A stretch of 64,000 bases of DNA from Eledone cirrhosa (Eukaryota): contig OZ024740.1 of assembly GCA_964016885.1 (NCBI GenBank), forward strand, positions 267,964,001 to 268,028,000, read 5' to 3'. Below the pieces are notes generated by a model, which made no database searches, was not told the DNA's origin, and was given only the letters and a program-made list of their open reading frames with translations. Each line of letters begins with the position of its first letter. Positions within the stretch are counted from its first letter, which is position 1. The translations under genes and the position numbers were made by a program. This document shows positions 54,280-64,000 of this stretch, piece after piece.

Positions 54280-54669
54280 GAGAGCACACAGGCCAAAAAG
54301 AATCGGAAAAATAACGGAAAGACGGACAATCCAAACTCCTCAGTCAAATTCTGGAAATCACAACGGTTTCGGTATTTTTTGGTCAATACCGTTCATTCCA
54401 GGGTGCATTGGGACATAAAAAAAAACAGGCAGAGACCAGTTAAACATAGAGTCCACAGGGCTAGCCAAAGGAGAAAAATATAGAAAGGAGGGAAATAGTA
54501 CAACAGAAGAGAATAAAGACTTTAATCCCACATGCAAACATAAAAGGACACGGTGGCGTAGAAGAAGTAAGAAGGGAGAAAATGGAGAAAACAGACCGGG
54601 TGGTGTGATGTTTACTATTGATATTTTCAAAAAAGAATATAAATCCAAAATAGGGAGAGCAAAGGACAA

Positions 54670-54706
<37 letters not shown>

Positions 54707-54900
54707 GAGGTTATATTTAATTTGTTGGGATTCAACAAGCTTAAAAAAGTTTTTTCCGGGTATGTCAATATTTATTTAGAAAACAAATCTGTATTTTATC
54801 TGATGAAAGCGCACCATAATTTACCTTGGTCGCCCTTGAAATATATATAATAAAATACTTATGGTTTTATAAATATAGTTTCCATTTATTGATATTGTAT
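54280..54900 (+). mobile_element. Probable PLE 3' region ending in (TA)n
   Basis: Homologous to 29750-30190. The terminal part is shared with 20990-21110 and 62045-62190 and carries an HHR. Confidence 0.55.
54791..54858 (+). ncRNA. Complete type I hammerhead ribozyme
   Basis: gtattttat-CTGATGA-aagcgcacca(taatttacct)tggtcgccctt-GAAA-tatata-TA^ataaaatac; 9-bp stem I. Confidence 0.85.
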
Positions 54901-55212
54901 ATATATATATATATATATACACACATGTATATGTTCTGTGTGCATATCACACGTACACAACACTAATGCACACGAAGATAAATACATGTGTGTATATGTT
55001 TATATGCTTGTCAGTGAACATGTGTTACAGCATGTGTGCGTGTGCATGCGTGTGCGATGTCCTCTGTGTATATTTGCACCTGTGTCTGTTCATTTATCTA
55101 CCGATCATGAGATCTAAAAATTGACGTTTTTGCGTGTTTCCTAACTGTATGTTTGCATTTAGATATTTCGACATAAATAATGGAAGTGAGAGAACGAGGG
55201 AGAGAGTTGTAG

Positions 55213-55270
<58 letters not shown>

Positions 55271-55466
55271 GGATACTATTTATGGTTATGTATATATTAA
55301 AACTTTTTATAGTTATATATATTTTAAACCCTAAACAGTGAAGGTCGGTAATTTATTACTACCGTATTACCAGTAAGATAAATAGCTCAATGTAATAACA
55401 TCAGTTGTTCTACAGAGCAGTTATATAGAATTCACAAGAATCAAAGCTATGTTCAAAGCATTTATT

Positions 55467-55513
55467 CACTTACAATTGTTTCATCCAAACCTAGGCTTGG
55501 AATCTTCGGAGCA
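55467..55513 (-). ncRNA. Hammerhead ribozyme, U4C core variant or mutant
   Basis: Minus strand tgct-CCGAAGA-ttccaagc(ctag)gtttggat-GAAAC-AATT-GTA^agtg. Confidence 0.65.
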
Positions 55514-55680
55514 TTTTTCAATGTTTGTACACATGATTGACCGCCTTTCCAACGCAAGAGACATAAAGATACATATGTATATATTGATGTACAGTGGAGT
55601 AACATATATTATATTATATTTCTGTATAGCAATTCAAATTCAAAATCAATTGATTTTGAATTGGAGGAAGTGGAGGAGGA

Positions 55681-55715
55681 TTCTACGTTTCTGACGGAAG
55701 TCCTTCATCAGAAAA
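55681..55715 (-). ncRNA. Minimal hammerhead ribozyme
   Basis: Minus strand ttt-CTGATGA-a-ggac(ttcc)gtca-GAAAC-GTA^gaa. Confidence 0.7.
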
Positions 55716-56189
55716 GCGCGGATAAGGTGAGAACAGGTAGGTACAGGAAAGTAGTGTGTAAAAGTTAGAAAAGGAAATTAGGAACAGTGTGTTAGGAGGA
55801 ATTGGTAGGTAGGTGAGAGGTCCGGTATTTGGGGGTGGGGGCCGAAGTGGAGTGTCCAGATGTGTCATAGGTGTGATTCGGTGTGTGCTGAAAGGATGAA
55901 ATTGGTAGGTGTGCGTTGCTTTAGTATGTATGTTTGTGTGTGAACACGTGGTTGTCTCAGAGTCTTATATTGTCGGTGTGTACACACTGTGTGAGTTCTT
56001 CGTTTTTTTGTTCATGTGTGAGTGTGTTTGTGCGTATGTGTGTATGGGCTTTTTTCTACGTATATGAGGGCTTACGATTGTGTGTGTATGTGTGTATTTT
56101 CGCGTGTGTGTTGGATGAGTGTGTGTGAGTATGTCAACACGCGCTTGTGTATATGTGACATTTTCTATGTATGTGTATGTGTGCGTGCG

Positions 56190-56236
<47 letters not shown>

Positions 56237-56303
56237 TTGTATGTTATACACACACACGTACATAAAGACACACGCACACACACACACATACACACACACA
56301 CAC

Positions 56304-56359
<56 letters not shown>

Positions 56360-56503
56360 GAGCCGTTAGAAGGAGTACTATACAATAAAGAATGAGGTAA
56401 ACAGTGAACTGTAGAAAACTATTTCTCTCTATCTATCGTTTTGTTTGTCTATACCATACGTACTCTCGCCTTTTACTGTTTCTGTCACATTCAGGAGAGA
56501 AAC

Positions 56504-56626
<123 letters not shown>

Positions 56627-56714
56627 ATGTATGTGAGAGAGAGGTAGGTAGAGAGAGAGTGAGTGTGTGTGAGAGAGAGATAGAGAGAAAATGTTTGTGA
56701 AAGAGGAGAGATCA

Positions 56715-58385
56715 TGTGAAAGAGAGAGTGTGAATGTGTGTGAAAGAGAGAGTGAATGTGTCTGTGTGAGAGAGTGAATGTGTCTGTGTGAGAGAGTAAA
56801 TGTCTGTGTGTGAGTGAATGTGTGTGTGAGACAGTGAATGTGTCTGTGAGAGAGTGAATGTGTGTGTGAGAGAGTGAATGTGTGTGTGAGGGTGAATGTG
56901 TGTGTGAGGGTGAATGTGTGTGTGAGAGAGTGAATGTGTGTGTGTGAGAGAGTGAATGTGTGTGAGAGAGAGTGAATGTGTGTGAGAGAGAGTAAATGTG
57001 TGTGAGAGAGAGTAAATGTGTGTGAGAGAGAGTGAATGTGTGTGTGAGAGAGTGAATGTGTCTGAGAGAGAGTGAATGTGTGTGTGAGAGAGAGTGAATG
57101 TATGTGTGAGAGAGAGTGAATGTGTGTGTGAGAGAGTGAATGTGTCTGTGTGTGAGAGAGTGAATGTGTGTGTGTGAGAGTGAATGTGTCTGTGAGAGAG
57201 TGAATGTGTCTGTGAGAGAGTGAATGTGTGTGTGAGAGAGTGAATGTGTGTGTGAGAGAGTGAATGTATGTGTGAGAGAGTGAATGTGTCTGTGTGAGAG
57301 AGTGAATGTCTGTGTGTGAGAGTGAATGTGTGTGTGAGAGAGTGAATGTGTGTGTGAGAGAGTGAATGTATGTGTGAGAGAGAGAGAGTGAATGTGTGTG
57401 AGAGAGTGAATGTGTCTGTGTGAGAGAGTGAATGTGTGTGTGTGAGAGAGTGAATGTGTGTGTGAGAGAGTGAATGTGTCTGTGAGAGAGTGTGAATGTG
57501 TGTGTGAGAGAGTGAATGTATGTGTGAGAGAGTGAATGTGTGTGTGAGAGAGTGAATGTGTGTGTGTGAGAGAGTGAATGTGTGTGTGTGAGAGAGTGAA
57601 TGTGCGTGTGAGAGAGTGAATGTGTCTGTGAGAGAGTGAATGTGCGTGTGAGAGAGAGAGAGTGAATGTGTGTGTGAGAGAGTGTGAATGTGTGTGTGAG
57701 AGAGTGAATGTGTCTGTGAGAGAGAGTGAATGTATGTGTGAGAGAGTGAATGTGTCTGTGAGAGAGTGAATGTGTGTGTGAGAGAGTGAATGTATGTGTG
57801 AGAGAGTGAATGTGTCTGTGAGAGAGTGAGTGAATGTATGTGTGAGAGAGAGAGTGAATGTGTGTGTGAGAGAGAGTGAATGTGTGTGAGAGAGAGTGAA
57901 TGTGTGTGTGAGAGAGTGAATGTGTCTGTGAGAGAGAGAGTGAATGTGTCTGTGAGAGAGTGAATGTGTCTGTGAGAGAGTGAATGTGTCTGTGAGAGAG
58001 TGAATGTGTGTGTGAGAGAGAGTGAATGTGTGTGTGAGAGAGTGAATGTATGTGTGAGAGAGTGAATGTATGTGTGAGAGAGAGAGTGAATGTATCTGTG
58101 AGAGAGTGAATGTGTCTGTGAGAGAGTGAATGTGTCTGTGAGAGAGTGAATGTGTGTGTGAGAGAGAGTGAATGTGTGTGTGAGAGAGTGAATGTGTCTG
58201 TGAGAGAGTGAATGTGTCTGTGAGAGAGTGAACGTATGTGTGAGAGAGTGAATGCATGTGTGAGAGAGTGAATGTATGTGTGAGAGAGTGAATGTGTGTG
58301 TGAGAGAGTGAATGTGTTTGTGAGAGAGAGAGAGAGTGAATGTGTCTGTGAGTGAGTGAATGTGTGTGAGAGAGAGAATGAATGA
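56715..58385 (+). repeat. Minisatellite of about 20-bp units (GAGAGTGAATGTGTSTGT), roughly 80 units
   Basis: Direct inspection; source of the spurious 588 and 618 aa ORFs. Confidence 0.95.
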
Positions 58386-59323
58386 TTGTGAAAGAGAGAG
58401 AAAGAGAGTATGTCTGAGAGAAGGTCTCTGTGTGTGAGACAGAGAGAGAAAGTGGGGGATAGTGAGAGGGAATAAGAGATTGACTAAGAAAGAGGAGAAA
58501 GAAAGGGAGAATATCTTTGATAAGTTGTGTAGGTCTGTATGTGTGTATGTGTCTATATATGTGTGCATTTTAATGTATATACTTTCGTGTATGTGTGTGT
58601 GTTTGTGTGAAGTTAAACGTATAATCTTCTGTGTATATGTGTGTTTTTGTGTGCTTGTGTGTTTGTGAGTATAAATGTATGTATGGTTGTGTATGTATCT
58701 GTATTTCTGTGACTTTAAAAGTATATACGTCCATGTATGTGTATATATGTGTGTGAGTGTGTTTGTGAATTTGAATGTATAAATGTCCGTGTATGTGTGT
58801 TAGTTTGTGTGAGGTTGAATGTATAAGCGTCTGTGTATGTGTGTGTTTGTATGTGTTTGTTTGTTTATGAATGCATATACGTCCGTGTATGTGTATGTGT
58901 GTTTCTGTGAGTATGCAAACATATACGTCCATGTGTGTGTCTGTGTGCATGTGAGCGTGTGTTTGAGAGTATATACGTGTGTGTTTGTATATGTTTGTGA
59001 GTTTGTGTGTGTGTGTGTGTGTTTGTGTGAGTCGGTGTATATGTATGTGTGAGTTTCTGTATTTCTGTGAGTATGAATCTATATACATCCGTGTATGTGC
59101 ATGTGTATGTGTGTGAGTGTGTATGTGTATGTATGTGTATGTGTGTGTATGTATGTGTATGTATGTGTGAGTGGGTATGTGTGCGAGTGTGTATGTGTAT
59201 GTATGTATGTGTATGTGTATGTGTATGTATGCGTATGTGTGCGAGTGTGTATGCTTGTGTATGTATGTGTATGTGTATGTATGTATGTGTATGTGTGTGT
59301 GTGTATGTGTGAGTGAGTGTGTC

Positions 59324-59355
<32 letters not shown>

Positions 59356-59446
59356 TAAAAGAAAGGAACAATAAAGGGAGAGAGAGAGAGGAGAAAGAGA
59401 GTGAGAGTATACTTGAGATGGATTTTGTGAGGGGGGGGGGGGATGA

Positions 59447-59486
<40 letters not shown>

Positions 59487-60539
59487 GTATGAGTAGGCAT
59501 ATCTCTATGTGCGTCTGTTTATATCGATGTATGCGTATGTATACGTATATGGATTTGTGAGTGTGTGTACGTGTATCTGTGTCGTTGTGAGTATGTATGT
59601 GTAAATGGATTTATGTGTGTGTATGTGTGTATGTGTGTGTGTGTGTGTGTGCGCGTTTGTGTATGTGTGTGAGTCTGTGTGTGAATGTGTATGTATGTGT
59701 GTGTAAATAGAGAAAGAAAGATTGGCGTTTTGAAAGAAAGTTACTAAAAGCACTTGCGAATGTGTATTGCTTTATATGTATATGTGTGTTTACCTATATG
59801 TATGTATGTGCGTATTTCTATATTTGAGAGAGAGAGAGGGACAGAGTCATAAGAGAAGAGAAAGAAAGAGGGAGAGGAGGAGAGAGAGACTAAGTGATAA
59901 GAGGAAAGAGTAACAGAGACAAAGTGGTAAGAGGAGAAAGAGAAACTTATAGAAAGAAACTAATTGATAAGTGGAGAGAGAGAGAGGAACTAAGTGATAA
60001 GAGGAAATAAAGAGACTGATAAGAGCAGAGAGAGAGGGTGTGTGAGCGAGAGAGAGAGAGAGAGAGAAAGAACATTAAGGGGAGATAAATCAACTCAACT
60101 GGTAGAATGAATAATTGTCTAAGTGAAGAATAGCGAGACTTACAGAATTAGAAAGATACAGTATGTACTGAAAGAGATAGGTAGAGCATAATTAGACGTG
60201 TGTGTATATATGTGTATATATAGCGGGGAGGGTAGAGTGAGAAAGAGGGAAAGAGTGAAAGAATCTGATGAGAAAGAGTATAGTAAAATATAGATATATA
60301 GAAATAAAGTAGGGGACATATTCACTGACAGAGACAGACAAAGATATATAAACATTATATACTTCATAAAAAATTGTTTAAAAAAGAATTGTCCCTCTCT
60401 TTTTTTAATAACATTCTCTTTTTAGTAACACTATCTTTTCAATAATGTCACTTTGACGGATCAAAAAAATAAAACAGACCCTTAAATATATCTCCCGTAC
60501 TATTTCCAACTTCATCTTTTCTCTACATTCACTGTTTTG

Positions 60540-60557
60540 TATAGAACCTCACTTCCC

Positions 60558-60597
<40 letters not shown>

Positions 60598-60616
60598 GGG
60601 AAGTGATGTTCTATAT
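60540..60616. repeat. Short inverted repeat around a (TA)n spacer
   Basis: atagaacctcacttcccttttctaa-(TA)n-ttagaaaagggaagtgatgttctat. Confidence 0.85.
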
Positions 60617-60693
60617 ATATATATATATATAGATATTTACTCTTTTACCTGTTCCAGCCATCCGGCTGAAGCCATGCTGGGGCACCGCCCTTG

Positions 60694-60780
<87 letters not shown>

Positions 60781-60959
60781 GGGACGAGAGAGAGAACAGG
60801 GGGACGGATAGAGTAAAAATAGAAAAAGAGCGTAATTGTTTCTGACAGGCTCAAGGCCAGAACATGTGAGAAAAGAGAATTTAGTTGCTTGTATTGACTT
60901 CAGTACTTGACTGGTACTTTATTCATACCGGAAGGATGAAAGTAGAATATGCAAAGCCG

Positions 60960-61014
<55 letters not shown>

Positions 61015-61194
61015 AAATAATTACATAAACTCAAGTTTCGTTGGATTCTTCAGCCTGTCATCAGAAACATAAAAATCAAAGATGGCCACCTATGGTTGAT
61101 TGTGATTTCCTTGTGGGGATATAACAAAAGAGTTTACGCAGGGGCAGGTAATTTAGAAAAAAGTGTAGAAAAAGGGGTTAATTTAGAAAAATAG

Positions 61195-61248
<54 letters not shown>

Positions 61249-61249
<1 letters not shown>

Positions 61250-61734
61250 TAACCGAATTACCCGCGCCTTGCTGCGTTTTTTTTTAAAAGAAAATCATTA
61301 ATTTTAAATCAGTGATATAATTTATGGAGAAAAATTCTGCATTTCAATATTACTCAATGTAAAATGTAATGCATGAAAAATTGGAAAACATTATTTTTGT
61401 TAATATATCAAATCAAAATTACATTATTAAATCTTATTCTTATTTTGTTTCTTGTAAATATTTTTTTTCAAACTATCAATTCAAACCTTTTGTGTATAGC
61501 ATCATATCTTGTCATTTACCTATGGTTTAAATTTCATATAAATCAAAGGGAAATATTTTCAGGGTTTTGTGCTCCCAGGGAACCCTTTGATTAAAATGAA
61601 ATATACTTATCCAAGTACCCTGGGCAATGTAGTTTCAGAATATATATGGTTATGGGGTCTATCTCCAAAACCACAGGAGGAGTTCGTAAACAAACAAACA
61701 AACAGACAGGAATACAACTTTATATATATATAGA
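61249..61734 (-). mobile_element. Non-autonomous Helitron
   Basis: The minus strand starts A|TCtatatatat...tgtctgtttgtttg and ends gcaaggcgcgggtaattcggTTAG|T; paralog at 12561. Confidence 0.7.
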
Positions 61735-61789
61735 TGTATATATTTATATACACACACGCACTCACTCACACATATGTATATCGTACACA

Positions 61790-62040
61790 CTGAATATATA
61801 GTAATAATAATAAATTTGAAGACAAGTCCAAAGAGGGCTCGATAAGGATAAATATACAGTATATCAGATATATAAGAACCGTAGAGCAAATATTTATTAA
61901 AATAACAGATTAAAGTTTAAGCAAAGAATCGCTGCTTTCACCCTTAACGGGATCTTCTGAAACTCAGAAGATCTCATTAAGGGTGAAAGCAACGATTCTT
62001 TGCTTAAACTTTAATCTGTTATTTTAATAAATAAATATAT
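61790..62040. mobile_element. Fold-back module with an HHR variant (CAGAAGA core)
   Basis: Minus strand agttt-CAGAAGA-tccc(gttaa)gggt-GAAAGCA-gcgattctt-TGCTT^aaact (61914-61964); inverted repeat 61890-62033. Confidence 0.75.
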
Positions 62041-62044
62041 ATAT

Positions 62045-62190
62045 ACGATATTAACAAATGGAAACTATATTTATAAAACCATATTTATTTCATTATACAT
62101 ATTTAAAGGACACCAAGTTAAATTATGGTGTGCTTTCATCAGATAAAATGTAATATAGATCAGTTTTATAAATAAATATTGACATACCCT
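62045..62190 (-). mobile_element. HHR module (54791 family) with mutated G12
   Basis: Minus strand attttat-CTGATGA-aagcacacca...tggtgtcctt-TAAA-tatgta-TA^atgaaat. Confidence 0.7.
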
Positions 62191-62472
62191 TAAAAAATGC
62201 AACCATTACTGTTGGAAGCTCCCGGATAGTATATATATATATATATGTACGCTTAACATGTATACGCAACCTTAGATTTGGGGGTCCAGTTTTTTGCCAT
62301 ATTGGTGGAGCCGCTCAAAAGCTAGTCTCATTCGTCAGGCGCACGGTGAGAAGTTTAAAAAGCCATTACTTCATGATATATAATCATATTTCTTGGAGAG
62401 TTTTCCTCAAGGAGAGTTTTACACAAAGGGGTGTAATTCCCAAAACAGACCTTAGATTATAATATATCACTA

Positions 62473-63240
62473 TACAAGGTTTGTCCCAAAAGTAAGAGTA
62501 CTGGTGTTTTCTCTAAATGTATCTTAGACGTGAATGAAATTACAAGTTATCTCCTTCAAAATACGACCTTTGGGATTCACACGGGGGTTCCAACGTTTTC
62601 TCCATTGATCGTAGCTGTACCGGAAGTCGTTTTCTTTGAATTTCTTTTGGTCATCAGTTACAATTTTTTGTATGTGTTCCACAGTCCCAAATTGATTTGA
62701 ACTCAGGGAAGAAATCACACGGAGCTAGATCTGGACTCTAGGGGAGATGCAGAAGAATGTGTTATTCTTCACCAGAAATTCTCTAATTGAAAGTGCCTAT
62801 GAGCAGGTGCGTTATCGTACTACAGTACCCAATCTCTTTCAATGTTCTTTCGGACTCGCTGGACCCATTTTCGAAGTCGTCCAAGACGTCTTTGTAGAAG
62901 GAGCGATTAATACCACAGCTGTCAAAAAAAAAAAAAGTAAAAAAGAAAAAAAAATGATAGTCGTCATTTTCACCTTGGATCTTCTCACATTCACTTTCTT
63001 CAGACGAGGAGAATTTTTCGTGTGTCACTTTGCTGTTTTTTCTCTGGATCATACTCGAGCAAGAAATTTATCCAAGAAATTTGGCACAACTTCGAGTCTT
63101 TCTGGTAAATCCTGACAAATTGGTTGGCTTTTTGCTCCACAGACAACTGTTTTGCACACATTTTTTGCATGTGTAAATGGTCTGTTAACATTCTGTGAAC
63201 TGCATTGTTATCCAAGCCCGTTTCTTCTGCAAATAAACCT
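62473..63240 (-). mobile_element. Mariner transposon fossil
   Basis: TIR tacaaggtttgtcccaaaagta; minus-strand peptides HLP*SPDLAPCDF, DQWRKRW, YDPEKKQQS, LTDHLHMQKMCAK. Confidence 0.85.
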
Positions 63241-63349
63241 TTTGGTGTAAGGGATAGTCAGCTTTTATTCTGCAAGAGCATCCTGGATTTTCATCTGGTT
63301 TGTTCTTTGCTGCGATTTTAGACCTCATAAATAGGATATCCTCACCGAT

Positions 63350-63960
63350 CGGTGATTGGAGATTTTACTGCATCTGTGTTGTGTGGGAACGTAAATATCA
63401 ATTAGGTCTAAAAATCTCTTACCTTCATTAGTCCTTAAGTTAAGTGTTATGAAAGTTGGCAAACAAGATTATTTTTCTTTTTCTATTTCTATTCTTAGGT
63501 TGATGTCTATTGGGTGTGTACTTGATCTCTTCTCTGAATCCAATATGGATGACCTTGTAGTACGGCACTCCCTTCTCAAATATAAGTCTGTTTAGTGATA
63601 GGTTCGAGATTCTACGGCTAATATTAGGGATTAGATTATTAAAATCTGTGGATGGGTGGCAGGATCCTCTATTAATATATTTTAGTCTTTCATTTGGCTT
63701 ATGGTGGGGGTTATGTGTACCCTGTTGGTAGGACTAAGTTGATGCCAAGAATGTCTTCGCTAGTGAGGTTCGAGGTTATTTTAATCTTAATTAAGTTCTA
63801 GGGTACTAAGCGTGTCTATTAACTCTTTAGGGAACCTGTCTAGAATGTGTCCACTGCAGTGGTATGTTAAAGAAAGGCCGTTGTCATGATATAGGCCAAA
63901 CGTGTCGAGCCTGAAGACCTTGCCAGGAACCCCGGGAAGAGTTCTCTCTTTTTCGTAAAA
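63350..63960 (-). pseudogene. PLE RT remnant resembling the Naiad clade
   Basis: Frameshifted minus peptides FGLYHDNGL (from GLYRDDGL), HKPNEKT, KYINRGSCHP...IPNISRRISNLS...FEKGVPYY and TNEGKRFLDLID. Confidence 0.7.
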
Positions 63961-64000
63961 GACCGCGTCCTTGAGAACCCCACCGAGACCTCGAATGAAT

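Noticed and set aside
61027-61070. HHR-like CTGATGA/CTGAAGA...GAAAC on the minus strand
   Set aside because: Stems I and II cannot be formed; at most a decayed remnant.

Overview
This is AT-rich eukaryotic intergenic or intronic DNA. It looks like a cephalopod (Octopus-like) genome, judged from the extreme (TA)n/(CA)n/(GA)n density and the SINE types; that attribution is inference. No intact host protein-coding gene is supportable, and almost all listed ORFs are microsatellite translations. The window is a mosaic of decayed elements: two tRNA-derived SINE families, fragments of Penelope-like elements (PLE, RT plus GIY-YIG), RTE, R4/Dong, Tx1 and CRE-like LINE 3' ends, a mariner fossil, hAT/Tc1/TTAA-type MITEs, non-autonomous Helitrons and minisatellites. 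The most striking signal is about 20 complete, variant or truncated type I hammerhead ribozyme (HHR) motifs from many unrelated sequence families. They mostly sit in 100-600 bp modules embedded in (TA)n tracts. Many modules are fold-back palindromes whose turning point lies in or just upstream of the ribozyme. One HHR has a compensatory U3-A8 core, and one insert starts at the predicted self-cleavage site. All folds were done by eye and are not computationally validated.
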